Below are positions 52,074 to 60,999 of a DNA stretch of 64,000 nt, piece by piece; the first letter of the stretch is position 1, and each line of letters opens with the position of its first letter. Source of the DNA: Pseudomonadota bacterium (GTDB lineage: Bacteria; Pseudomonadota; Gammaproteobacteria; Burkholderiales; SG8-39). A program made the translations under genes and the position numbers. The DNA is taken from positions 9,916-73,915 of the forward strand of contig JAZDIA010000034.1 of NCBI GenBank assembly GCA_043805375.1. Reading direction: 5' to 3'. The notes under the pieces were generated by a model. It saw nothing but the letters and a program-made list of their open reading frames with translations, ran no database searches and had not been told where the DNA came from.

Positions 52074-52134
52074 CTGGAAATCAGGGAACTAAAAGTGGGC
52101 GGGCGATGCGTCTCTTTTCCCTGCTGCTTCTGAG

Positions 52135-53784
52135 ATGGCGACCATATCCTGCGAAGGAAACTCATGCGGTGGACGTCACGGGGCGTCCCTGTTTGAGTGC
52201 GCTGACGCATTGACGATCCAGTTGCCGAGCTCTTGCGGGCGCAAGGGAACCTGCCATGAGTGTATCGTTGAAGTTGTAGAAGGCCTGAACGCCCTGAATT
52301 CGCCCACTCAGGCGGAATTCTTCCTGCGCGATCAATGCAGACTCGCTTGTCAGGCCAGGATCGAGAATCCCAAGATTGACATCCGCTTTGCGCCCTTTCG
52401 GCGGTACTCCAAAATCCTGACCGCCAATCAGGAGAGATCCCTCCAACTGGACCCCCAGGTGACACGCCGCGGAGATGAAGTCTATTACGGTCAGGAACCG
52501 ATTGACCGCTATCGCGGCCACCTCTATGGGGTCGCCGTGGATCTGGGCACCACAACTGTGGTGTGTGACCTGGTCGATCTGGAAACGGGTTCGTCCCTCT
52601 GCCTGAGTTCTTTTGACAACCCGCAGCGGTTTGGCGGAAGCGACATAATGAACCGGATATCCTACGACGGAGGCCCATTTCACGGTGAATTGCACAAGGC
52701 CATCATCCATGCTCTAAACCATGAGATTCGAGAAATCTGCCAGAAGATGGGCGTTAACCGGGAAGAGATCTACGAAATCGTGGTTGCCGGAAATTCCACG
52801 ATGAGAGACCTGTTTTTTGACATCGACGTTCAGAGCATCGGGCGGAAGCCTTACAAATCAGTGATTGAATTGGAAATGCTTGCCGGAAAGCGTCATGGGA
52901 CGGTCTTGGTTGAAAAAGCGACCAAACTTGGCATCCAGATTCATTCCAAGGCCAGGATTTATGGCATGCCATTGATTGCCAGCCATGTTGGAGCCGACAC
53001 GGTGGCAGACTTGATCGCGATGGACATGGACTCTCAACAGGATGTTGTCATGGTGGTGGATGTTGGAACCAATACAGAGGTCGTCGTTGGATATGCCGGC
53101 AGGATGTTGATTGCTTCCTGTCCGGCAGGACCCGCCTTTGAAGGAGGTGCCGTCAAATACGGGATGCCTGGTTGTGATGGCGCCATTGAGAGTTTGTCCC
53201 GGAAGGATGGAGAATTTGACTACCGGACCATTGGAGGAGCCGCCCCCCGGGGAATTTGCGGTTCCGGTCTCATTGATCTGTTGGCTGAATTGCGCCGCCA
53301 TGGACTCATGACGTCGAAAGGAGTTTTCGCGGACAAGAAATATATCTTGGATATCGTGCCAAAATATGGCATCACCTTCTCTCGGGAGGATGCCAGTTAT
53401 CTTGCCCAGGCCAAAGCAGCTAACTATTGCGGTCAGTATATCCTGATGCGGGAATTTGGGGTTAGCCCGACAGATATCCAAACACTCTATCTGGCGGGAG
53501 GATTCGCTAATTACATTGATGTGGCCAACGCAATTGAGATCGGTTTTCTGGCGCCTGTAGCGCAAGAGCGCATCGTGAAGATCGGGAATGCCTCGGTCCA
53601 AGGAGCCCGGGAGATTTTGCTCTCAAAAAGCAGGCGTGATTCAATCCAGGAATTATTCAAACATATCGCTCACATTGAGTTGGAAACCACACCTGATTTC
53701 TTTGAGCTTTTTGTCGAGGGATGTCAATTTAAGCCGATGCCGAACGAAATCGTTTCATTGGCGGCCCCCGGAATGGAAGGATAG
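52135..53784 (+). CDS. RACo-type ATP-dependent reductive activase of corrinoid proteins (2Fe-2S ferredoxin + ASKHA/DUF4445)
   Basis: 549 aa. The N-terminal C-x5-C-x2-C...C pattern is SSCGRKGTCHEC ... RLACQA. The ASKHA phosphate-1 motif is GVAVDLGTTTVVCDLV, with later VDVGTNTEVV. Confidence 0.85.
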   Translation: MATISCEGNSCGGRHGASLFECADALTIQLPSSCGRKGTCHECIVEVVEGLNALNSPTQAEFFLRDQCRLACQARIENPKIDIRFAPFRRYSKILTANQERSLQLDPQVTRRGDEVYYGQEPIDRYRGHLYGVAVDLGTTTVVCDLVDLETGSSLCLSSFDNPQRFGGSDIMNRISYDGGPFHGELHKAIIHALNHEIREICQKMGVNREEIYEIVVAGNSTMRDLFFDIDVQSIGRKPYKSVIELEMLAGKRHGTVLVEKATKLGIQIHSKARIYGMPLIASHVGADTVADLIAMDMDSQQDVVMVVDVGTNTEVVVGYAGRMLIASCPAGPAFEGGAVKYGMPGCDGAIESLSRKDGEFDYRTIGGAAPRGICGSGLIDLLAELRRHGLMTSKGVFADKKYILDIVPKYGITFSREDASYLAQAKAANYCGQYILMREFGVSPTDIQTLYLAGGFANYIDVANAIEIGFLAPVAQERIVKIGNASVQGAREILLSKSRRDSIQELFKHIAHIELETTPDFFELFVEGCQFKPMPNEIVSLAAPGMEG

Positions 53785-53843
53785 ATCCTATTGCCGGCAT
53801 CGATCCGTGGAGACGTGAATACCATAAGAACGGGAAGGACAAA

Positions 53844-54899
53844 ATGGAGATTAAAGCTCTGAGAAAGAACTTTATTGTTGTCGGTGAGAATATCCACGCA
53901 ACGAGGGTACTCCTTCGCGGAGGGCAGTCTGTCACCACAACCGAAGGAGGGCAGGAAGCCGTCCGCTTCCAAGGGGTTGACGGGGAAACGCGCTATCTCC
54001 CCATTCCGGAAGAATACAAGAATACACAGGAATACCGGGACGGGCGAGTCAAACACATCAAGATTGCAATTCAGGCAGCAATGTCGGGACGTGAGTCCGA
54101 AGCCCAGCCAGGTCTGGAGTATTTGCAGCAGAAGGTTCGACAACAGCTCGATGCGGGAGCCGATTTCATTGATCTGAACGTCGATGAGGTTTCTTTACGT
54201 CCCGAAGACCAGAAGGCGGCTATGTCATGGCTGGTCCAGACGGTACGGCCAATATGTTCGGTTCCACTCTCTATTGATTCTTCCAATACCGAGACCATTC
54301 GTGCGGGATTAGAAGCCGGCAAGGGACACAACGGCAGACCCCTGCTCAATTCAGCTTCACTGGAACGAAAGTCGGCGCTGGAACTCGTTGTTGAATATCG
54401 GGCACAAGTGGTTGTGACGGCTGCCGGAGAAAGCGGCATGCCTGAGGACGATGTCGAACGGGTCGCCAACGCTTCGCGAATCGTGGAACTGGCTCTTGAA
54501 AAAGGCATTCCGCTTCACGATCTCTACATTGATGCCCTGGTGTTTCCGATATCGGTCGACAGTGATTACGGCAACCACTATTTCGAAGCGGTTCGCAAGC
54601 TTCGCGAAAAGTTCGGTCCCGAAATCCATATTACCGGCGGGCTCAGTAATGTGTCCTTTGGCCTTCCGATGCGCCGACTGGTGAACAACGTGTTCCTGAT
54701 TCTGGCGACCGAAGCGGGGGCCGACAGCGGCATCATCGATCCCGCTGCCGGTAGAGTAGATCAAGTGCTTGCAATGGACCGTCAGTCCCGGAGCTACCAG
54801 GTGGCGGCGGACTTATTGCTTGGCCGTGACATCGGCTGTCGCGACTTCCTGCGTGCCTTTCGGAGTAAAGAGCTTCAGACAGGTGTTGGAGCCAGCTAA
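53844..54899 (+). CDS. pterin-binding methyltetrahydrofolate:corrinoid methyltransferase (MetH/AcsE-like domain)
   Basis: 351 aa with motifs in the usual Pterin_bind order: VGENIHATR, ADFIDLNVD, PLSIDSS, LLNSASLE, YIDALVFP and TGGLSNVSFGLP. A ggaagga RBS lies upstream. Confidence 0.85.
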   Translation: MEIKALRKNFIVVGENIHATRVLLRGGQSVTTTEGGQEAVRFQGVDGETRYLPIPEEYKNTQEYRDGRVKHIKIAIQAAMSGRESEAQPGLEYLQQKVRQQLDAGADFIDLNVDEVSLRPEDQKAAMSWLVQTVRPICSVPLSIDSSNTETIRAGLEAGKGHNGRPLLNSASLERKSALELVVEYRAQVVVTAAGESGMPEDDVERVANASRIVELALEKGIPLHDLYIDALVFPISVDSDYGNHYFEAVRKLREKFGPEIHITGGLSNVSFGLPMRRLVNNVFLILATEAGADSGIIDPAAGRVDQVLAMDRQSRSYQVAADLLLGRDIGCRDFLRAFRSKELQTGVGAS

Positions 54900-54937
54900 G
54901 ACCCTGGACGCAGGCTGACTTCGATGTCTGCGAATAT

Positions 54938-54981
54938 TGTTAATCCGCAGGTCCGAGGTTCGAACCCTCGTCGGGGAGCCA
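54938..54981 (+). repeat. 44-bp copy of the tRNA-Asn 3' half (attR-like)
   Basis: tgttaatccgcaggtccgaggttcgaaccctcgtcggggagcca is identical to 45841-45884. No 5' half of a tRNA precedes it. Confidence 0.92.
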
Positions 54982-55028
54982 TCTTCTTTGTTTCGCTGCC
55001 TTATTCCTCGGGCACTAATACGCACTGC

Positions 55029-55226
55029 TCAACAACACCCGCCGGAGCGCCCGGAACCGTAATGCGCTTCCTGACGATTCCGGAAAAACTCGATTTCGGT
55101 CATGACGGGCCAGTCGGGATGCGTTGCGCGCAGGTGCGCGGCATAGGTTTCGTAGTCGGGCAGGCCGACCATCAACTTGGCGGCCTGCCCGAGATACTTC
55201 CCATACTTTGATAGATCGTTGAACAA
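55029..55226 (-). CDS. ybdD: YbdD/YjiX-family small protein
   Basis: A TTG start gives [57 protein letters not shown]...CC (compare E. coli YbdD [28 protein letters not shown]). Lies directly downstream of cstA. Confidence 0.8.
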   Translation of the reverse strand: [65 protein letters not shown]

Positions 55227-55230
55227 GATG

Positions 55231-57294
55231 TCAGCCCTTGACGGTTGACATCGCTTGGTACGGCATTTCGCAACTCGTGTCCTTGTCTTCACGCAAGGCC
55301 TTCAGGCACGAGATGACGGTGTAGTAAAGCATGCTGATGACCACGAAGATGAACAGCACGGCCAGTGCGGCATCCAGGTAGTTGTTGGAGACGATCTGCT
55401 GCATCTGCTCGACGCTCGTGGCCGGGGCGAGAACCTCTCCCTTGTCCAGAGCTGCCTGGAACTTGCCGGCCAGGGCGAGGAAGCCGATCTTCGGATTGAC
55501 GTCGAAGACCTTGTGCCAGCCCGCAGTCAGGGTGCAGACAAGCAGCCAGGATGCCGGCAAGATCGTGACCCACGCGTACTTCTGCCGTTTCATCTTGAAC
55601 AGAACAACCGTGCAAAGCATGAGCGCGACACCGGCCAGCATCTGGTTGGAAATGCCGAACAGCGGCCACAGGCTGTTGATGCCGCCAAGGGGATCGATCA
55701 CGCCCTGATAGAGGATGTATCCCCAGCCAGAGACGCAAAGGCCGGTAGCGATCACGTTGGCAGTCCAGGAGCGGGTCTGCTTGAGGGACGGAACGAAGAC
55801 GCCCAGCAGATCCTGCAGCATGAAGCGTCCGGCGCGCGTGCCGGCGTCACATGCAGTCAGGATGAACAGCGCCTCGAACAGGATGGCGAAGTGGTACCAG
55901 AAGGCCATCATGGCCTGGCCGCCGATTATCTGAGAGAATATCTGGGCCATGCCCACAGCCAGCGTCGGCGCGCCGCCCGCACGCGACAAAATGCTGTTCT
56001 CACCCACATCCTTCGCGGTCTGAATGAGCACGTCAGGCGTGATCACGAAACCCCACTGCGAGATGGCTTGCGCTGCGCCTTCCACGGTCGTGCCGATAAT
56101 GGCGGCCGGGCTGTTCATTGCGAAATAGACGCCCGGATCGATGATCGAAGCGGCAACCATCGCCATGATGGCAACGAAGGACTCCATCAGCATGCTGCCG
56201 TAACCGATCATGCGGGCGTTCTTCTCGTTGTCGAGCATCTTCGGCGTCGTGCCGGACGAGATCAGCGAATGAAAGCCCGAGACCGCCCCGCAGGCAATGG
56301 TGATGAAGATGAACGGGAACAGGCTGCCCGACCAGACCGGACCGGTTCCGTCGACGAACTGCGTGACTGCCGGCATGCGCAAGCTCGGTGCGACAAAGAC
56401 CATGGATATCGCCAGACAGATGACCGTTCCGATCTTAAGGAAGGTCGACAAGTAGCCGCGCGGCGCGAGCAGCAGCCACACCGGCAACACCGCCGCGACA
56501 AAGCCGTAGATGATGAGCATCCAGCTCAACTGCTTGCCGTCGAAGGTGAACATCGGCGCCCACGTCGGACTTTGCGATACCTGACCGCCGATGATGATGG
56601 CTGCGATCAGCAACACGAAGCCGATGATCGATACTTCGCCGACTCGTCCGGGGCGAAGGAAGCGGTTATAGACGCCCATGAACATGGCGATGGGGATGGT
56701 GGCGGCCACGGTGAAGGTTCCCCACGGGCTTACGGCCAGCGCTTTGACCACGATCAGCGCCAGAACGGCGAGGATGATCACCATGATCATGAACGTGGCA
56801 AACAGGGCGATCATGCCCGGGACCAGACCCAGTTCCGACTTGATGAGTTCGCCGAGCGAACGTCCGTCACGACGCGTCGAAACAAACAGCACCATGGAGT
56901 CCTGCACGGCGCCGGCGAGTACGACACCGACGATGATCCAGAGCGTTCCCGGCAGGTAACCCATCTGCGCCGCAAGCACCGGCCCGACCAGCGGCCCGGC
57001 ACCGGCAATGGCGGCGAAGTGTTGACCGAACAGGATGTACTTGTTTGTTGGAACGTAATCAAGACCGTCATTGCGGCGGACGGCCGGGGTAAGCCGCGTC
57101 GGGTCGAGTTGCATGACCTTATCGGCGATGTACAGGCTGTAGTACCGGTACGCCACCAGATAGATTGAAACTGCGGCAGAGATTATCCACAAGGCGTTGA
57201 TCGTTTCGCCCCGGGATAGCGCCACCGTGCCGAGGCAGAAGACCCCGACTGCGGTCAAGAGCCACCAAATGACATGTTTGGAAACGAGATTCAT
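55231..57294 (-). CDS. cstA: carbon starvation protein A (peptide/pyruvate transporter family)
   Basis: About 687 aa and polytopic. The N-terminus MNLVSKHVIWWLLT...RGETINALWIISAAVSIYLVAYRYYSLYIA matches the CstA pattern. Confidence 0.9.
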   Translation of the reverse strand: MNLVSKHVIWWLLTAVGVFCLGTVALSRGETINALWIISAAVSIYLVAYRYYSLYIADKVMQLDPTRLTPAVRRNDGLDYVPTNKYILFGQHFAAIAGAGPLVGPVLAAQMGYLPGTLWIIVGVVLAGAVQDSMVLFVSTRRDGRSLGELIKSELGLVPGMIALFATFMIMVIILAVLALIVVKALAVSPWGTFTVAATIPIAMFMGVYNRFLRPGRVGEVSIIGFVLLIAAIIIGGQVSQSPTWAPMFTFDGKQLSWMLIIYGFVAAVLPVWLLLAPRGYLSTFLKIGTVICLAISMVFVAPSLRMPAVTQFVDGTGPVWSGSLFPFIFITIACGAVSGFHSLISSGTTPKMLDNEKNARMIGYGSMLMESFVAIMAMVAASIIDPGVYFAMNSPAAIIGTTVEGAAQAISQWGFVITPDVLIQTAKDVGENSILSRAGGAPTLAVGMAQIFSQIIGGQAMMAFWYHFAILFEALFILTACDAGTRAGRFMLQDLLGVFVPSLKQTRSWTANVIATGLCVSGWGYILYQGVIDPLGGINSLWPLFGISNQMLAGVALMLCTVVLFKMKRQKYAWVTILPASWLLVCTLTAGWHKVFDVNPKIGFLALAGKFQAALDKGEVLAPATSVEQMQQIVSNNYLDAALAVLFIFVVISMLYYTVISCLKALREDKDTSCEMPYQAMSTVKG

Positions 57295-57761
57295 TACCCC
57301 TCCCACATTAAGTTACGCTCAGGCGGCATGTCACGGTTTCTGGCGAAATAGTTGCAGCCATATCGAAAAATATAGGTCGTCCAGGACTGCAAAACCGCTT
57401 ATGGACAAACCATTGATTGGATCGCTTTGCCAGTCCCAAACCGGCGCGTGGCGAATTCTAGCCTATTTTGGCGCCCGATTCATTTCTATCCGGCGAGCGA
57501 TTTCCATCGCTTGCAGTTGTCACAAATCGCTTCTGCGCTCGTATTGTTTGCGAGATTGTGCGGGTTTGTTTGTGCTGGGATCGCATTATGGATCGTAATC
57601 GTAGCCATTGCGAAACGTCTCCCCGGTTTTGCTTTCGTAATTCTAGGCATCACAAAGCGCAAATTGCTTTCGATAGGGTTTCCACCCATACTTGCCTGAA
57701 CGAAGCGTGGCCCGCGCCGCGAATGTGCGCCATGGATCCCGGAAATCCAGAGGAGGCTGTT

Positions 57762-60488
57762 ATGCAAGACAGAGAAGCCTACGCCAGGCCGATCGAAGAA
57801 CTCGTCGACGGTCTTCAGACACATCTCGAACGAGGCCTGTCCCAGCAGGAGGCGCAGGCGCGTCTGGCGAAATTCGGTGCGAATGAGCTGGCAAAGGAAG
57901 AACGCGCCTCGCCGTTCACGCTTTTTTTTGCCCAGTTCAAGAACACCCTTATCATCATCCTGCTCATCGCAACGGTACTCTCCGCGTTGTTGGGTGAGAT
58001 TGTCGACGCGGTCATCATTTTCGTGATCGTGCTGTTCTGTGCCGCTCTCAGCTTCGTTCAGGAATACCGCGCCGACCAGGCCCTCAATGCGCTGAAGCGG
58101 ATGCTGGCGCACACGATCACGGTGCTGCGAGACGGCATCGAGATACGCATTCCCTCCCATGAGCTCGTTCCCGGAGACATCATGCTCATCGAGGCGGGCG
58201 ACCGCATTCCGGCCGACGCGCGCCTTGCGGAAGTTCATTCCCTCAAATGCGACGAAGCAGCGCTTACGGGAGAGTCTTTTGCCGTCGAAAAATCCCTGAA
58301 GCTGTTGCCACTCGATGCGGCGATCGGTGATCGCTGCAATGTTGTCTTTACCGGGACAACGGTCACCTATGGCCGCGGGAAGGCAATCGTAACGAGCACG
58401 GGAATGAATTCGGAATTCGGTAAGATCGCCGAACAACTCTCCACCGTAGTCCGGGAAGCGTCTCCGCTCGAAAAGCGGACCGCGGAAATCGGTCGCTGGC
58501 TGGGACTGATCGCTCTGGGCGTGTGCGGGTTCGCGATCGTGGTCAGTATCGCAAGAGCGTGGATGGGAAATCAGCTAAACGTTGAGTTGGTATTGACCAT
58601 GAGCATGTTTGCCATCGCGCTCGCGGTGGCTGCGGTTCCGGAAGCGCTGGCGGCGATCGTAACCGGTGCGCTCGCTGTTGCCATGCACGAGATGGCGAAG
58701 CGCAATGCGTTGGTGCGACGCATGCCCGCCGTAGAAACACTCGGATGCACGACGGTGATCTGTACCGACAAGACGGGCACGCTGACTAAAGGCGAGATGA
58801 CGGCGCGCCGCGTGTTCGTGGGTGGCCGCACAAGCGAGATCAGCGGGGCTGGATACGCTCCCGCCGGCAGCTTCAATCCGCCGCTTCCGCTGGACGACAA
58901 CGCAGTGCGACTCATGTTGACGGGAGGATTGTTGTGCGGCGATGCCGTGTTAAGCGAAGATACCGGGCGCTGGTTTGTCAAGGGCGATTCCACGGAAGGC
59001 GCGCTTGTGGTACTGGCGGCAAAATCGGGACTGCAACAACACAAGACACGGATGGATGCGCCCAGGATCGCAGAGTTGCCATTCAGCTCTGAGCGCAAGC
59101 GGATGACTACGGTGCACCGCATGCCTGACGGCCGGCATCTCGCTTTCGTGAAAGGCGCCCCCGAGGTCCTGCTGAAGCGATGCATTTCGGCGCAGCGCCA
59201 AGACCAGCAACTGCCGCTAACCGATGACACACGGACGCAGATCCTCGCCGCGAGTGAAAAAATGGCGAAGGATGCGCTACGCGTGCTGGCACTTGCATAC
59301 AAGGAAGTTTGCACGGACGGGCCTCACGACGAGGAGACAGTTGAGCGCGGGCTGACATTCCTCGGTCTGATCGGCATGATGGATCCGCCCCGCGACGAGG
59401 CGACGGAAGCCGTAAGGATTTGCCGTCAGGTACATATCCGCCCGATCATGATTACCGGGGACCACAAACTTACGGCCGTGGCGGTTGCCGCGGAAATCGA
59501 CATCTACCGCGAAGGCGATATGGTGCTCACCGGTGACGATCTTGGCCGTATGAGCGATGAAAACTTTGAGAAAATCGTTGATCGGGTGACCGTATACGCG
59601 CGCGTGTCACCCATGGACAAGCTCAAGATCGTGCGAGCATGGAAGAATCGCGGCGAAGTCGTCGCGATGACAGGGGATGGCGTCAACGACGCGCCGGCGC
59701 TAAAGCATGCTGACATCGGCATTGCCATGGGAATCAGCGGAACCGACGTGGCGAAGGAAGCTGCTGACATGGTGCTTGCGGATGACAATTTCGCAACGAT
59801 CGTGGCGGCGATCGAGCGCGGTCGCTGGATCTACGACAACATCAAAAAGTATCTCACCTATCTGCTGCGCGCCAACATAACGGAAGTGGTCGTGCTGGGC
59901 GGTGTCGTGATCGTCGTCGGGTCCGAGCTGTTGCCGCTGTTGCCCGCCGCAATTCTTTACATCAACCTGGCCACCGACGGCTTGCCGGCCCTGGCCCTCG
60001 GGCTTGCCCCGCCCGATCGCGACATCATGCAGCGGCCGCCGCGTGACCCGACCGAGAGCGTTTTTTCCCGCGATGTGCGGCTTCTCGTGCTGCTTGGGGT
60101 CCTGATCGAGTGTCCGATCTTCTTGTGGATCTATTTCGACAACTACGCCGATATCGAGGTTGCAAGGACAAAGATTTTTCTCCTTTTCGTTTTCGTCGAG
60201 CTGATCATTTCCATGAGCTTCCGGTCGCTGCGATACAGCCTGTTCCAGGCGCCCCCTCACAAATGGCTGATGCTCGCGATAGCGTGGGAGCTTGCTTTGT
60301 TCGGCGTGCTGATCCAAATCCCGGCCGTGCGCGAGACGTTTGGAATCAGGATGCCGACCTGGCCTGACCTGGCAATGGCCCTGGCGGTCAGCGCGCTGGT
60401 TGTGTTCGCAATCGAATTGACCAAGGCATACTTGAGAGCAACCACGGGGAGACTCGATCGCGGCATCGCTGGTAGGGGCGGAGGTTAG
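57762..60488 (+). CDS. cation-transporting P-type ATPase (type II, Ca2+/Mg2+-like)
   Basis: aggagg RBS followed by ATG 57762. Has LTGES, the phosphorylation motif CTDKTGTLT, MITGD and TGDGVNDAPAL. The ORF-track start (57468) is probably too far upstream. Confidence 0.9.
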   Translation: MQDREAYARPIEELVDGLQTHLERGLSQQEAQARLAKFGANELAKEERASPFTLFFAQFKNTLIIILLIATVLSALLGEIVDAVIIFVIVLFCAALSFVQEYRADQALNALKRMLAHTITVLRDGIEIRIPSHELVPGDIMLIEAGDRIPADARLAEVHSLKCDEAALTGESFAVEKSLKLLPLDAAIGDRCNVVFTGTTVTYGRGKAIVTSTGMNSEFGKIAEQLSTVVREASPLEKRTAEIGRWLGLIALGVCGFAIVVSIARAWMGNQLNVELVLTMSMFAIALAVAAVPEALAAIVTGALAVAMHEMAKRNALVRRMPAVETLGCTTVICTDKTGTLTKGEMTARRVFVGGRTSEISGAGYAPAGSFNPPLPLDDNAVRLMLTGGLLCGDAVLSEDTGRWFVKGDSTEGALVVLAAKSGLQQHKTRMDAPRIAELPFSSERKRMTTVHRMPDGRHLAFVKGAPEVLLKRCISAQRQDQQLPLTDDTRTQILAASEKMAKDALRVLALAYKEVCTDGPHDEETVERGLTFLGLIGMMDPPRDEATEAVRICRQVHIRPIMITGDHKLTAVAVAAEIDIYREGDMVLTGDDLGRMSDENFEKIVDRVTVYARVSPMDKLKIVRAWKNRGEVVAMTGDGVNDAPALKHADIGIAMGISGTDVAKEAADMVLADDNFATIVAAIERGRWIYDNIKKYLTYLLRANITEVVVLGGVVIVVGSELLPLLPAAILYINLATDGLPALALGLAPPDRDIMQRPPRDPTESVFSRDVRLLVLLGVLIECPIFLWIYFDNYADIEVARTKIFLLFVFVELIISMSFRSLRYSLFQAPPHKWLMLAIAWELALFGVLIQIPAVRETFGIRMPTWPDLAMALAVSALVVFAIELTKAYLRATTGRLDRGIAGRGGG

Positions 60489-60836
60489 ACGAATGACTCG
60501 GGCGATCCGCACCAAGAAAAAGCCCAAGACGGTTTCGTCCCGGGCCAAAGCGTTCAAAGGGGAGGAGGGAAAAGAACTTTGAACGAAGTTTCATTTTCCG
60601 CCAATCGCGGCGACCGATATTGATATAAGTCACAAAGGGCCGAGATTTGCCACGCCAGGCCCGGGGCGGAACGAATCTCCTCCCCCCCTGCCCTTTTCCC
60701 GACGCTTATGGTACGGCCGCCGCATGCGTACGGCGATGGTCCGGTCCGGCACGGCCGTATTCGTCGGCTGCCCAATTTATGATCGCCCCCGATTTTTCTT
60801 GCACTCGTTCGAAGCACGCCTTATCTTTTTGCGCGA

Positions 60837-60872
60837 AGAATCCACAAGCTTATCCACAGATTCTGTGGATAG
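60837..60872. promoter_or_regulatory. DnaA-box-like cluster forming a 21-bp perfect palindrome
   Basis: TTATCCACA at 60850-60858 is an exact DnaA-box consensus. It faces TGTGGATAg (60864-72). tatccacaga-t-tctgtggata is a 10-1-10 palindrome, and an aATCCACA lies directly upstream. Confidence 0.35.
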
Positions 60873-60999
60873 TTTCTTGCCGCCACAATGCGCAATTCAA
60901 TCCGGGGGATCGCGGAACCGACGATGAATCCGGGGGAAGCGCCGAGCGGGCGCCCAGTGCGCATGGCGCGCGCCGGATTTTCGGCATTCCGGCTCGTCG

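Larger units (their letters stand above)
45841..54981. mobile_element. tRNA-Asn-associated genomic island (no integrase gene seen)
   Basis: A perfect 44-bp direct repeat (anticodon loop to CCA of tRNA-Asn) occurs at 45841-45884 and 54938-54981. The interior carries a TA module and lower-GC cargo. Confidence 0.6.

Noticed and set aside
55255-57168. 637-aa ORF on the plus strand
   Set aside because: It is antisense to cstA, with Arg/Asp/His-rich nonsense composition and no motifs.
60837-60872. Chromosomal oriC
   Set aside because: The DnaA boxes are real, but there is no adjacent AT-rich unwinding element or dnaA/dnaN/gidA-type context, and only three boxes. It is reported only as a DnaA-box palindrome of unknown role.
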